Shown: positions 36,301-45,828 of the stretch, in pieces
How the letters are laid out: each line of letters opens with the position of its first letter
Position numbering within the stretch: position 1 is the first letter of the stretch
Source of the DNA: Euryarchaeota archaeon TMED192
GTDB taxonomy: Archaea > Thermoplasmatota > Poseidoniia > Poseidoniales > Thalassarchaeaceae
DNA: 64,000 bases
Direction: 5' to 3'
Assembly: GCA_002170775.2 (NCBI GenBank)
Contig: NHIP02000003.1
Span: 155,029 to 219,028 of the forward strand
Position numbers and translations under genes: made by a program
Notes under the pieces: generated by a model
Seen by the model: the letters and a program-made list of their open reading frames with translations, nothing else
Told to the model about the DNA's origin: nothing
Databases searched by the model: none

Positions 36301-39300
36301 GTGTTGTGCCGTAGAGTGCTATGTCGTTCACGTATGAGTCCATAGCGGAGTCGTATGCCCTTACATCGTGGTCAACGACTCCGATTATGTTGAAGCCGGT
36401 TCCTGCTGCGACTATTCTTGAGCCGTCAGAAAGCATGGAGGTTACAGGCCAAGACTGCATCGACCCGGCGGCGGCGCCTACCTCCATCGAATAGGATGAT
36501 GCATTGTAATGGTATATTGGACCGGTTTCGGTGGCAATGTGGATGCCCCAATTGTCTGAAGCTAATGCTGTAACCGTATTGCTCGGAAGCATATCAAGAG
36601 GGTAGTCCCTCAGCATGGTACCGTTGTCTATCGACCAAGAAGAAATCCACGGTCTCGAGTTACCAAAGCCTGAATGAGATGCTAAAAGCACCCGTGGCTG
36701 AGTTAGCTGGACTATACTCCCATCAGGGAGAGTGAAGTTCTTACTAGATGCGGGTGCTATGGTGAAATCAGCGATCGCAGTGGACATCAGACCCTCCGCC
36801 TGAGTCACTCTCGCGACGACTGAGGCGTTATCGCTGGGGTCTGAGACAAAGGAAATGCCGCCTGGGCCGGTTACGACGAGTACATCACCGTATGGAGTGG
36901 TGGTGACCCATTCCAAATTCTGTGCATTGGGAGGTAGGCCGTCGTAGGATGTGATGGGATCGAGCCATTGGGAGGTTGACTCGTCATATCTTCCAATACC
37001 TACTGAGGTGGCTATGTGCGTCACATTGCCTACTCGCTCGAAATCTCCAATGTTGTTGGATGGCAATGCTGCCAGCAAGGCAGGCTCATCCCATATTCTG
37101 GTTGCAATGTCTATCGGTTGAAAGCCTGAGGCTGCATCGAAAACACTGGTCAGCCCCACATAGAGGTGATTTCCGTCGATGTACATCCCATCCATGGACC
37201 CATGAACCGCGCCTGGATGCGTCCTTCTCTGACTTGTGGTCAAATCGATTTTTATCAATCCCTGATAGGTGGTGGTTACCCACAACATATCGCCATCTAG
37301 AAGCATATCAACGATGATATCGTCATTGAAATTGTATGCCTTGACCCATGAAACATTTCCAGTCGTATCCAAATCGCCTTCAAGGACCGTCTCGCCATAG
37401 CCCGAGTTTCCTTGCCACTGTGCAGATGGGCCTATCGCAGCCCATACTTTCGTACCATTAGAGACGAATTCGACTACGTTGCCGGAAGGAAGGAGGTACA
37501 GTTCGTCGTATCCTCCCTGAATCAGGCCGGTTGGATCTAGTCGATCGACCCTGTTGATTCCGGAGTTTTCACCTGATCGTCCTATTGCGTATGCAGAGTC
37601 GGATAGGGGAGGTGCTCGAGCGATTGAGCTTCCATCCATCCCGGCACCAAGGACCGTGCCTGTCAGAAATAAGCTGCCAGAAGTCTCGACCCTGGATATG
37701 CCTCCTTGGTCCACATGGCTTGCTATCAGAAGATCGTCGTCATGCAGCAAGCCACCTGGAAAGACCGGTTCAGTTGCTATTCCATCAGACGGGAGTATGG
37801 TTGATTCGAATGAAGAGGAGGAATACGAGTACCTGTCGATTCCCGCATTGTCGGTATCAAATGCAACATACGCCATTGGATGGGCCTCGTCACAAGCGAC
37901 CGCTCTTGGGTCTGAATCTGAGAGATCCGAATTATCCCATGAATCGATCCATTCATCCGTTACGCTATTTCCATCATGGTCTTCGTAATCATATCTCGCG
38001 ACGAAGCCGGGGGACCACCAGGCTACCTGGCCGAAAGCCACGTGTACGATGCCGTCACAATGATTGAGATCGGCGGGATATGCGAAAGAACCGAGACTGT
38101 TGGAAGAATAAACAGTCCACTGATCTTGTGTACTATTCCATAGTGAGACATCTGACGAACCGCCTTGGTATGTCCCAATCCAAAGATCGTCTCCAACAGA
38201 CAGCATCGAGTAGACCTCATCATCTACATTTGCCGGCATCCCGGATCCGGGAGTCCATGGAGTGAGGAATGTGGAGTTGTTGGTATCCCACCTCAGTATC
38301 CCATCCATAGAAGCAAAGAGATGCTCGTCGCCCATGGATTCCATGCCCCTTATTGGGCCGGGTATGTCGTCCCACTCATCGAGCAGGAGCATGTCGGAAG
38401 CATTGTAGCGTCGTAATACAGACTCGCCGTAAGAAACCCAAAATTCACATCCATTGGATGCATTTGGGAAGCAGTCCCCTAAGAATTGGGCATTGACCCT
38501 CTCGACGTTTCCAGTGGTCCCCAGGGGATCTACCCATGATGAGGATGTTATGTTCCATCTTGCGATGTCCCCTGAGCCTGCGCTCCCGCCCCAGCCCTGG
38601 GTTTCTGTAACGCTCAGCCAGAGTTGGTCTTGGATCAATTCCATACCTCGTATCTGGCCATTATATCCGAGGCTGTCTGTAGTGTCTATCTCGCTCAGAG
38701 ACGAATTGCTGGTGAGATTGATTCGTGCTATGCTATCCCTGCTTTGCCACCACTGATTGCCTTGAGTGATTTGCTGATAATGCAAAATATCCTGATGGAT
38801 CGCGATTGCGGATGGCGGTTGATTGGGGAGCGTTGGGCCATTGGGGTTTGTTCCTAGATCCCAGTCAATTAGAGTGGTCCCGTTGGCCGCATCGATTAGC
38901 ACCAGTCCGAAATATCCCCCTGCCCAGATAGTGCCTGAATCTTGCCCTTCGACCAGCATGGTGATGTACTCATTCTCAATCACGCCAGATGTACCGTCCC
39001 AAGTACTGAGCCATACCTCATTTATCAGATCGTATCTGGCGATTCCGGTTTCTTCGACGCCGAGATAGAGTATCGTGCCGATTTGGACAACATCTGTCTG
39101 CTCCGAATCTGCAGCCGCAGTCCAGACATCTACCACTATGCCATTCAAAGTATCAATGATTCCCACCCCTTCGGAGGTTCCGGCATAGAGGCGATTCGCT
39201 TCCAATATGGAGACGCTCTCGACAAAACGAGAAGGTAGACCATCATCCTCACTCCAACAACCGACTAAATCGTATGTCCAATCCCACATGCAAGCACCCC

Positions 39301-41731
39301 GATTTGTGCCCATGTATACTCCGTCAACGTCACTAGTTGCCTCGAAGAACTGGTACGGATCGTTATTTCTGCCTGGGATAGATGTTGGGAATATTGACCA
39401 CGAAGGAGAGAGATAATCAGAGCCGTCCCATGAGGCTGCAATTCCTGGATCCCAGAAAGAAGGCCCCTCTGTTGCGATCGTGATGCCGCCATTTGCATCC
39501 GTGTGTATGTCATTCACCTCGTCATCAGGGAGTGTGCCGCTGGCCTCGTCCCATATGTGCAAGACTTCGCCTGTGAATCGGTCCAGGATTATGATGCCGA
39601 ATCCCTTGAGCCCTAGGAAAATTGTGTCATCAGGGGGGTAGTATGCTATTGGAGCGTTCTCGACATCATCAACCCCGAGCGACCTCCAAGAAGACAGCAC
39701 TGTTTCGGTTGAGATTTCAATTCGGATAACACCAGCGTCATTGGTCCCGATGTAAACTATGTCCGATCTTACAGCCATCGAGGTGAAATCAAGGGAGTCT
39801 AGTCCTGAATCCTCATTGAAGAATGCATAATCGTCAATGTTCGAAGTATTCCCGATTGCTATGCCATAACCAGGCATTGAGACTATGACGTCTCCCGTAT
39901 TTTCATTGAATATCATCGATGATATCTCTGAGACGTCTGAGCCGGCTACAGTACCTGTCATTTGGCCCGAGGCTGGATCTAGAAGGATTATGCCGTGGCC
40001 TGATGTCGATGCCAGCACCTGTCCTGAGTTGATCTGTATTATGTCGGTTATCTGGGAGTCTATGCCTTCTGATGAATAATCAATTAGACCCAGCCATCTC
40101 TTAGATTCCGAGTCGAAGCGATCTATCGAACTGCCTCCGGCAAACCATGCCTGCTCGCCTGAAGCTGTGGAGACGACTGAAACTACTTCAGGCTGCAAAA
40201 TCGACGGGCCACTGGCGATTTCAAGAGGAGAGGCCGCAATCATATCGATGATTATTGCAAGAGACCCTGATCCATCTGAAGCAACGATTCTTTGGCTGTC
40301 TTCAGGCCATGGAAATACAACGTCGAATTGCTCTAAATCAACCTGATCGGGGGTTATGTCGTCCACGAATGTCATTGTCTCTGTATCGAATCTATGAATC
40401 ATCGATGATGTGGATATGTAAGTCGTGTTGTCGATGGTAAGCAGGTTACCGACATCATTGGAGTTGAGCCAGTTAGAGGTAGTCCAGGGAGATAACCATG
40501 AGTTGGATGGAAGATGATGTCGATCTACGCCACCTTCTCCCCCTACGAGGATCTGTTCATCCATCATCTCGATTGACGAAATCGAGTCTGAGCGAATGGT
40601 GGTTGTAATACCCGTTTCTGTTGAATGGTATGTGGTATTTGACCAGACAATCTCGACTGTGCTTTCATCTTCTGAGCGTTCTAGTATGATCAGACCATCG
40701 CCATCTGTTCCAAGATACACTGCATCAGAAGTAGCGTATATAGAAGAAAATGGAGCTTGTGATGGATTTGAATTGCAGAGATTGTAGAATGCCCAATTGT
40801 TGAATGACGTATTAGCTGCTCTCCAAAAAATATCACACCCGTGTGCTATCCACGTTGAGTCGTCCTCAATGACTGAAACATATGATGGAATTGTGTCATC
40901 CCACACACCTGGGGGCGTTGCACCTGTTCCTTGTGCTGACAAGTTATACTCTCCTAGAAGGTCAAAATCGCTCAGTTGGTATACCAACAGCATTCCTGAT
41001 TCGGTGATTGCCATGACTCGATTTTCGTTGTGTATGGCTTTGACGGAACGTGCATTGATGGATTCGATGTGCACTATTGGCGATGTGACGGTCTCATCAA
41101 TGACTAGCAGCTCGTCATCCACTAAAATAATCAGGCGTCCTGAATTAGAATCTGCAGTCGTATCGTGTACCGTTATCTCAGGATTTGAGGGGGAAAGTCG
41201 TGGTGAAGCTGGTCGTAATGCTTCGATTACTAGATCTGTTAAAACTGCGCCGGAGGGGAGTAAAAACCCACTCTCTGCATACGCATAGGGATCGAGGGTA
41301 TCGTCGATAACAGTCTGTGGGGAGTATTGCTGATTGCATCCGAAGCCCCCTATTCCGCTGCCATCGAATATCTCCTGATTGGCATCAACGAGTGTGAGTA
41401 TGGGGTTTGTCGCACACACTCCTGCTGATCCATTGACTCTTATCTCGAAGGTGAGATTCTCTATAGATGCCCCTGGAGGATGGTCGACGATTGTGGTGGG
41501 CAGGCCGGTCGATTCTGAACCGACCTCTATCCATTCCGTATCAACGGTTCCGGAGGAACCCCATGTCTCATCCGATGCATTCATTGATGCGGATTCGTCA
41601 TTCATATCCATAGACGCTGACCACGGCATGGAAATCATCAGAATGACGATTGCAATGGCTGTGTAATTGTGCCTTTTCGAAAGGCGCGACGTACTCGATC
41701 GCCCCCTCATAGGTTCAGTCGCCTTCATCAT
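33320..41731 (-). CDS. Giant (2803-aa) type-I membrane-anchored surface protein: propeller-type repeats + FN3-like domains
   Basis: N-terminal signal anchor (YTAIAIVILMISMPWSAS). There are many repeats of the (V/L/I)Y.GT..G(L/V).(I/R)(I/L)(D/E) type: VYLGTDGDGLIILE, VYIGTNDAGVIRIE, IFLGLKGFGIIILD, LYAGTSEGVGIIDT, IWAGGYFGLVLIDA, LWVTTTYQGLIKIDL. At least 6 FN3-like units lie in the last ~800 aa (LTVNWAISEDPSFVSYDIFLW, LQVSWDENEEEDCIFYSVYVL, IDVVWTRSDVPDFAFYTIWVS, IMLSWSESTDDDIVGYHVYVS). It ends with a C-terminal TM helix and a 76-aa acidic tail. Confidence 0.85.
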   Translation of the reverse strand: MMKATEPMRGRSSTSRLSKRHNYTAIAIVILMISMPWSASMDMNDESASMNASDETWGSSGTVDTEWIEVGSESTGLPTTIVDHPPGASIENLTFEIRVNGSAGVCATNPILTLVDANQEIFDGSGIGGFGCNQQYSPQTVIDDTLDPYAYAESGFLLPSGAVLTDLVIEALRPASPRLSPSNPEITVHDTTADSNSGRLIILVDDELLVIDETVTSPIVHIESINARSVKAIHNENRVMAITESGMLLVYQLSDFDLLGEYNLSAQGTGATPPGVWDDTIPSYVSVIEDDSTWIAHGCDIFWRAANTSFNNWAFYNLCNSNPSQAPFSSIYATSDAVYLGTDGDGLIILERSEDESTVEIVWSNTTYHSTETGITTTIRSDSISSIEMMDEQILVGGEGGVDRHHLPSNSWLSPWTTSNWLNSNDVGNLLTIDNTTYISTSSMIHRFDTETMTFVDDITPDQVDLEQFDVVFPWPEDSQRIVASDGSGSLAIIIDMIAASPLEIASGPSILQPEVVSVVSTASGEQAWFAGGSSIDRFDSESKRWLGLIDYSSEGIDSQITDIIQINSGQVLASTSGHGIILLDPASGQMTGTVAGSDVSEISSMIFNENTGDVIVSMPGYGIAIGNTSNIDDYAFFNEDSGLDSLDFTSMAVRSDIVYIGTNDAGVIRIEISTETVLSSWRSLGVDDVENAPIAYYPPDDTIFLGLKGFGIIILDRFTGEVLHIWDEASGTLPDDEVNDIHTDANGGITIATEGPSFWDPGIAASWDGSDYLSPSWSIFPTSIPGRNNDPYQFFEATSDVDGVYMGTNRGACMWDWTYDLVGCWSEDDGLPSRFVESVSILEANRLYAGTSEGVGIIDTLNGIVVDVWTAAADSEQTDVVQIGTILYLGVEETGIARYDLINEVWLSTWDGTSGVIENEYITMLVEGQDSGTIWAGGYFGLVLIDAANGTTLIDWDLGTNPNGPTLPNQPPSAIAIHQDILHYQQITQGNQWWQSRDSIARINLTSNSSLSEIDTTDSLGYNGQIRGMELIQDQLWLSVTETQGWGGSAGSGDIARWNITSSSWVDPLGTTGNVERVNAQFLGDCFPNASNGCEFWVSYGESVLRRYNASDMLLLDEWDDIPGPIRGMESMGDEHLFASMDGILRWDTNNSTFLTPWTPGSGMPANVDDEVYSMLSVGDDLWIGTYQGGSSDVSLWNSTQDQWTVYSSNSLGSFAYPADLNHCDGIVHVAFGQVAWWSPGFVARYDYEDHDGNSVTDEWIDSWDNSDLSDSDPRAVACDEAHPMAYVAFDTDNAGIDRYSYSSSSFESTILPSDGIATEPVFPGGLLHDDDLLIASHVDQGGISRVETSGSLFLTGTVLGAGMDGSSIARAPPLSDSAYAIGRSGENSGINRVDRLDPTGLIQGGYDELYLLPSGNVVEFVSNGTKVWAAIGPSAQWQGNSGYGETVLEGDLDTTGNVSWVKAYNFNDDIIVDMLLDGDMLWVTTTYQGLIKIDLTTSQRRTHPGAVHGSMDGMYIDGNHLYVGLTSVFDAASGFQPIDIATRIWDEPALLAALPSNNIGDFERVGNVTHIATSVGIGRYDESTSQWLDPITSYDGLPPNAQNLEWVTTTPYGDVLVVTGPGGISFVSDPSDNASVVARVTQAEGLMSTAIADFTIAPASSKNFTLPDGSIVQLTQPRVLLASHSGFGNSRPWISSWSIDNGTMLRDYPLDMLPSNTVTALASDNWGIHIATETGPIYHYNASSYSMEVGAAAGSMQSWPVTSMLSDGSRIVAAGTGFNIIGVVDHDVRAYDSAMDSYVNDIALYGTTLALATDEGVLAYRPYWTLEQIYVDEYARADNLDLTILGRTTDITDHTRPGNDIEIQSGLIVPDPSSSTGQTQYYGAIPFSWYPAIFTSLSSSQPIWSTTKELNYTGSWNLSTQTGLQQLLQLAVDNAGTPSDANWEFALSPSDSGKIEIRITYDWIRQEIPTSITLLTDRPNDAGDGLTVNWAISEDPSFVSYDIFLWDMASNGWDSDAMEANGIPQTVSTPILSISDLQTLGATFETAYLDDTVQPIQPGHEYGAAISIRYPDGSMGPISVYNGSALAVDNIPDPPSSLHASPFGFSGGSLLVEWQLCTDLDSHSTRIWYSTVEIEDVNAIPTSVDVSMALGNQTIIDVSPATPIWLAASCVDLAGQYEQDNPTLFGPIVAAGGLDDSIPPARVSGVEASDLPFDDGGYLQVSWDENEEEDCIFYSVYVLPASGFSPPTSAEGWPMAAIVPGCGNTSAIIGGTGGIPLQNSIRYWVAVIAFDDWGNGDLNNILPDDATPYDNLGAEGPEPPRLVDVDAFDHPSDDGTSIDVVWTRSDVPDFAFYTIWVSEHPLDDVTSLWFFCSDDPSSCGLTVIEQRQIGGSSRIEIEIDKALYGSTLTDSISSEIIPEIPLYVAVTVHDLSGNVFVDQLETAIVLPLSNMGDSEPPLRIPAPTLIDRDPDHGDGMFVVFEPSTSPDIMSYEIYAVIDSPFLLDNIATLEPSATLSRDWSGPALVEFSSNPDGYSEMIPDRRYFVAVVAKDSTGNAWETGLESSDIVLRDELGLDPCPACPDVAGLTAAWNPAGSRIMLSWSESTDDDIVGYHVYVSTSAFSDVRDAAVVALDRASTELSFDNIDSESLNRSLNHYVEVVSFDGEKFTYRASPVMVPPWVDQTGILDEDEAGGSTFVDRLVDGELNILLATTAISMAAIGAAFALRSRRSSGSEIWEISTREVEIDSLFDEEIEQEIQTIEEASALETTPLSESLEPQQDSTETKVIDELEDLARDIDDLF

Positions 41732-41857
41732 CCCATAATTAAGAGGACGTGTTGATGTTCGGGTAGAGCATCATGCATAATATTGGGTAAACAGGTGAAT
41801 TAAGTAGAGGATACCATCATAGCGATGAGGACTTCCGGTATTTGTTGGGGTGCAAGT

Positions 41858-44140
41858 ATGCAGGACGACCGTCTGCGCGAGGAAGCTTTGGATTATCATA
41901 GGCTACCAACTCCAGGCAAACTCAGTACGAAGCCGAGCAAGCCACATTCAACGGCTCATGAATTATCTCTCGCATACTCCCCGGGCGTTGCGTATCCGTG
42001 CCTTGAAATCAGCGAGAATGAGGAGCTTGCGTTTTCGTACACCTCTAAGGGGAATCTTGTGGGCGTTATCAGCAACGGGACTGCCGTACTTGGACTGGGC
42101 GATATCGGCGCATTGGCCGGGAAACCTGTAATGGAAGGAAAGGGGCTTTTGTTCAAGTCATTCGCAGACATAGATGTCTTTGACATAGAAGTTGATCGGA
42201 CCTCTGTTGATGAGTTCGTGGAAGCTGTGAAGGCCATAGCACCTACATTCGGCGGCATAAATCTAGAAGACATCAAGGCTCCGGAATGCTTTGAAATCGA
42301 GCGTCGGCTAAAAGACGAATTGGACATACCTGTGATGCACGATGATCAGCATGGAACCGCTATAATAAGCGGGGCTGCCTTAATCAATGGGCTTGACGTT
42401 GTAGGTAAAAATATCGATGATGTCACTGTTGTTATTTCTGGCGCCGGTGCCTCGGCCATATCCTGTGCTAGACACTATCTCCGCCTTGGTGTCAATCGAA
42501 ACAAGATTCTGATGTGCGATTCAAAGGGCCTACTGACCAAATCAAGAGCAGCGAAAGGGGAATTGAACGAATACAAAATGGAATTCGTGAATGACAGAGA
42601 AGATTGCTCTCTTGGAGATGTCATGGTTGGGGCAGATGTCTTTCTTGGCTTATCCAAGGGAGGTGTTGTGAATGGCGACATGGTTGCCTCTATGGCTGAT
42701 AACCCCCTCATATTCGCTCTGGCTAATCCAGACCCGGAGATTCTTCCAGAAGATGTGCGTGCTGTTCGTGATGATGCGATTATAGCGACTGGGAGAAGCG
42801 ACTACCCCAACCAAATCAACAATGTTCTCGGGTTTCCCTACATATTCAGAGGTGCGCTCGATGTTAGAGCAACTAGCATCACAGAGAAAATGAAGATGGC
42901 TGCCACGATGGCTCTCTCCCGGTTAGCAAAGGAGACGGTTCCTGATGATGTTCTGGAAGCTTATGAGGGCGTTAGCATACAATATGGGCCTGACTATCTA
43001 ATCCCCAAACCATTCGATGCTCGTGTCTTGATCTGGGAGGCCTCGGCAGTAGCCCAAGCTGCTGTAGAGGAGGGAGTAGCAAGGATTGATCCAGATTCAT
43101 TCGATTTGCAGACGTACAGAGAGCAACTTGAAAGTCGTCTTGGTCTTACTCGTTCAGTCATGCGATCCGTGATTAACAGAGCCAAGCGCGATCTTCAGAG
43201 AATTGTTTTCTCAGAAGGTGAAGACCCTACTATAATCAAGGCAGCTTCACATTGCATACGTGAGAAGATTTGCACTCCAATATTGCTCGGCCAAGTAGAA
43301 AGGATTCATTCAGCTATTGCTGATTTGGGCCTTGATTTTGATTGTGAGATTATCGATCCAAGATACGATGGAAGGCGTCGTGGCGATTATGCTGATGAAC
43401 TTCATGATTTGCGGGGCAGGAGGGGGATTAGCCGATTGGATGCGATTGAGCTCCTCAAACAACCTACCTGGTTTGCACCGATGATGGTAAGGAAAGGAGA
43501 TGCGGACGGATACTTGGGGGGCGTGAGTCACAATTATCCCGACATAGTCAAGCCTTGCTTGAAAATTATAGGTACGTCTGAAGATGCCCACAGAGTCGTC
43601 GGCTCTTACATGATGACTGTTGGGGGACAGGTCATGTTCATCGGAGATGCGACCATAAACATCAATCCCGATGCCCGGACTCTAGCTGAGATTGCAGTTA
43701 GGACGGCAAGCGTAGCAAAACGGTTCGGAGTGAAGCCAAAGGTGGCTATGCTATCGTTCTCCAATTTCGGTTCTAGCGGTGAGTTGCGAAGCACTCGCAT
43801 AGAGGAGTCGATTAAAATGGCTAGAGAAATTGATCCCGACCTCATTATCGATGGCCCTATGCAAGCAGACACGGCGCTAGTTCCTGAACAGCAATCGGAT
43901 TTTCCATTCATGGCGTTCAAAGGGCCTGCTAACGTCCTGATATGTCCTAGTCTAGCATCTGCGAACATATCCTACAAACTTCTACAGAGGCTCGCTGGAG
44001 CTGAAATGACTGGACCCATTTTGGACGGTCTTTCCAGACCTGCACATGTGCTTCAGCGCGGGGATAGCGTCAGGGAAGTGGTTCACATGGCTGCTATCTG
44101 CGCTGTCGACGCCCAGAGAATGTCCTCTCAGAGGCTTTGA
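41858..44140 (+). CDS. maeB: NADP-dependent malic enzyme, MaeB type (malic enzyme + phosphate acetyltransferase-like domain)
   Basis: [63 protein letters not shown] and GAGASAI, followed by a ~330-aa PTA-like C-terminal half. Start taken at Met 41858 ([11 protein letters not shown]). Confidence 0.9.
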   Translation: MQDDRLREEALDYHRLPTPGKLSTKPSKPHSTAHELSLAYSPGVAYPCLEISENEELAFSYTSKGNLVGVISNGTAVLGLGDIGALAGKPVMEGKGLLFKSFADIDVFDIEVDRTSVDEFVEAVKAIAPTFGGINLEDIKAPECFEIERRLKDELDIPVMHDDQHGTAIISGAALINGLDVVGKNIDDVTVVISGAGASAISCARHYLRLGVNRNKILMCDSKGLLTKSRAAKGELNEYKMEFVNDREDCSLGDVMVGADVFLGLSKGGVVNGDMVASMADNPLIFALANPDPEILPEDVRAVRDDAIIATGRSDYPNQINNVLGFPYIFRGALDVRATSITEKMKMAATMALSRLAKETVPDDVLEAYEGVSIQYGPDYLIPKPFDARVLIWEASAVAQAAVEEGVARIDPDSFDLQTYREQLESRLGLTRSVMRSVINRAKRDLQRIVFSEGEDPTIIKAASHCIREKICTPILLGQVERIHSAIADLGLDFDCEIIDPRYDGRRRGDYADELHDLRGRRGISRLDAIELLKQPTWFAPMMVRKGDADGYLGGVSHNYPDIVKPCLKIIGTSEDAHRVVGSYMMTVGGQVMFIGDATININPDARTLAEIAVRTASVAKRFGVKPKVAMLSFSNFGSSGELRSTRIEESIKMAREIDPDLIIDGPMQADTALVPEQQSDFPFMAFKGPANVLICPSLASANISYKLLQRLAGAEMTGPILDGLSRPAHVLQRGDSVREVVHMAAICAVDAQRMSSQRL

Positions 44141-45756
44141 TTCTCATAGACTCTCGGAGCAGCGGCTTTGACCTCTTCATTGCATCCTTCTGCGAAGCTC
44201 TCGAAATTTTCATTGAACATCTGAACTAGCACATTGGCCACATTGTCGTAACGTTCAGTGCTCGCCCATGTAGAACGGGGCTGCAAGATCTCTGATGGAA
44301 CTCCATCGCAAGTAGCAGGAATCTTGAACCCAAATCTTTCATCGGTGACGTAAACGACGTCATCCAGAGCGCCTGTTAGTGCGGCGTTGAGTAGTGCTCT
44401 AGTCCACTTAATTCTGATTCTGCTGCTTTCGCCATATCCTCCAGCGATCCAACCTGTGTTGATCAGCCAACACGAAGCATTGTGTTTTGCTATCTTCTTG
44501 ATTAGCAGGTCGGCATACTCGCTAGGATGGCGTGGCATGAATGGTGCCCCGAAGCAAGTGGAAAACGTTGCCATCGGTTCAGTGATGCCTATTTCGGTCC
44601 CGGCTACCTTCGCAGTATACCCGGAAATGAAATGGTATGCTGCCTGGGCAGGGGAGAGTCTCGCAATCGGGGGAAGGACTCCGAATGCATCACACGTAAG
44701 GAAGACGATATTGTCCGGGTGTCCGGCTGTTGAATCATCAGTGCGATTATCAATTGATTCTATGGGATACGATGCTCTTGTGTTCTGAGTCAATGTCGAG
44801 TCATAGAAATTAGGTATTCCATCCGCATCCAATATCACGTTCTCCAATATGGTGGACTCCATTCTCGTGGTTGCATAGATGGCAGGCTCATCCTTTTTGG
44901 ACAAATTGATCATCTTAGCATAACATCCTCCTTCGAAATTGAAAACTCCGTGATCTGACCATCCATGCTCATCATCGCCTACAAGGGCTCTTTCTGGGTC
45001 AGCAGATAGGGTCGTCTTTCCAGTCCCTGAGAGGCCGAAGAAGAGAGCTGTCCCTGATTCGGATGTGTTCGAAGAGCAGTGCATGGGCAAGAGGCCGCGG
45101 GCGGGAAGGATATGATTCATAATCGTAAAAATTGATTTCTTGATCTCGCCCGCATATCTGGTTCCTGCGATCAAAACGATACCCTTGGAGAATGATATCG
45201 CTACAAACACTTCAGAGTTTACGCCATCTTTCTTTGCATCTGCAAGCATATTAGGGGCATGCAGGATGGTGAATTCAGGAGTGTGTTCCGAGAGATCTGC
45301 TCGATCGGATCGAATGAACATGTTGTGCATGAATGCCGAATGCCATGCACTCTCACTTACGAGTCGGACAGGCATAGCGTATTGAGGATCTGCACCGCAA
45401 TGCATGTCTTTCACATAGAGGGTCTCGGCTGAATTCAGATGGCCCCTGGTTATATCCAGAAGATGGTCAAAGGCAGCGGGAGATATTGGTCTGTTGACTT
45501 TGCTCCAATGAACCTGTGAGGCTAGTCCGGGTTCATTGACTATGAAACGGTCGTTGGGAGATCGTCCCGTTCGGTCACCAGTGGTAGCTAGCAAGGCACC
45601 ATGCGCCGTCCTTACGGCCTCCCCCCTGTTGACTGCCAAATCCCTCAATTCATCCCCGGAAAGATTCCAATGGACTGATCCTGTTGGATCGAGGCCGTGG
45701 GTTCCAAGAGGCGTCGAATAGACAGTCGCAGTTTTGGACGGCTTCTGCTCGACCAT
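44128..45756 (-). CDS. pckA: Phosphoenolpyruvate carboxykinase (ATP)
   Basis: TGDRTGRSPNDRFIV, FFGLSGTGKTTLSADPERALVGDDEHGWSDHGVFNFEGGCYAK, NTGWIAGGYG. Start taken at Met 45756 (541 aa). The longer ORF to 45948 would overlap the divergent gene at 45829. Confidence 0.9.
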   Translation of the reverse strand: MVEQKPSKTATVYSTPLGTHGLDPTGSVHWNLSGDELRDLAVNRGEAVRTAHGALLATTGDRTGRSPNDRFIVNEPGLASQVHWSKVNRPISPAAFDHLLDITRGHLNSAETLYVKDMHCGADPQYAMPVRLVSESAWHSAFMHNMFIRSDRADLSEHTPEFTILHAPNMLADAKKDGVNSEVFVAISFSKGIVLIAGTRYAGEIKKSIFTIMNHILPARGLLPMHCSSNTSESGTALFFGLSGTGKTTLSADPERALVGDDEHGWSDHGVFNFEGGCYAKMINLSKKDEPAIYATTRMESTILENVILDADGIPNFYDSTLTQNTRASYPIESIDNRTDDSTAGHPDNIVFLTCDAFGVLPPIARLSPAQAAYHFISGYTAKVAGTEIGITEPMATFSTCFGAPFMPRHPSEYADLLIKKIAKHNASCWLINTGWIAGGYGESSRIRIKWTRALLNAALTGALDDVVYVTDERFGFKIPATCDGVPSEILQPRSTWASTERYDNVANVLVQMFNENFESFAEGCNEEVKAAAPRVYENQSL

Positions 45757-45828
45757 GTACCAACGAGTTGAATCCGGGATATGAACGATTGTGATGGGGT
45801 TCTTTGAGGTTGAGCATGCGAACCTTTC

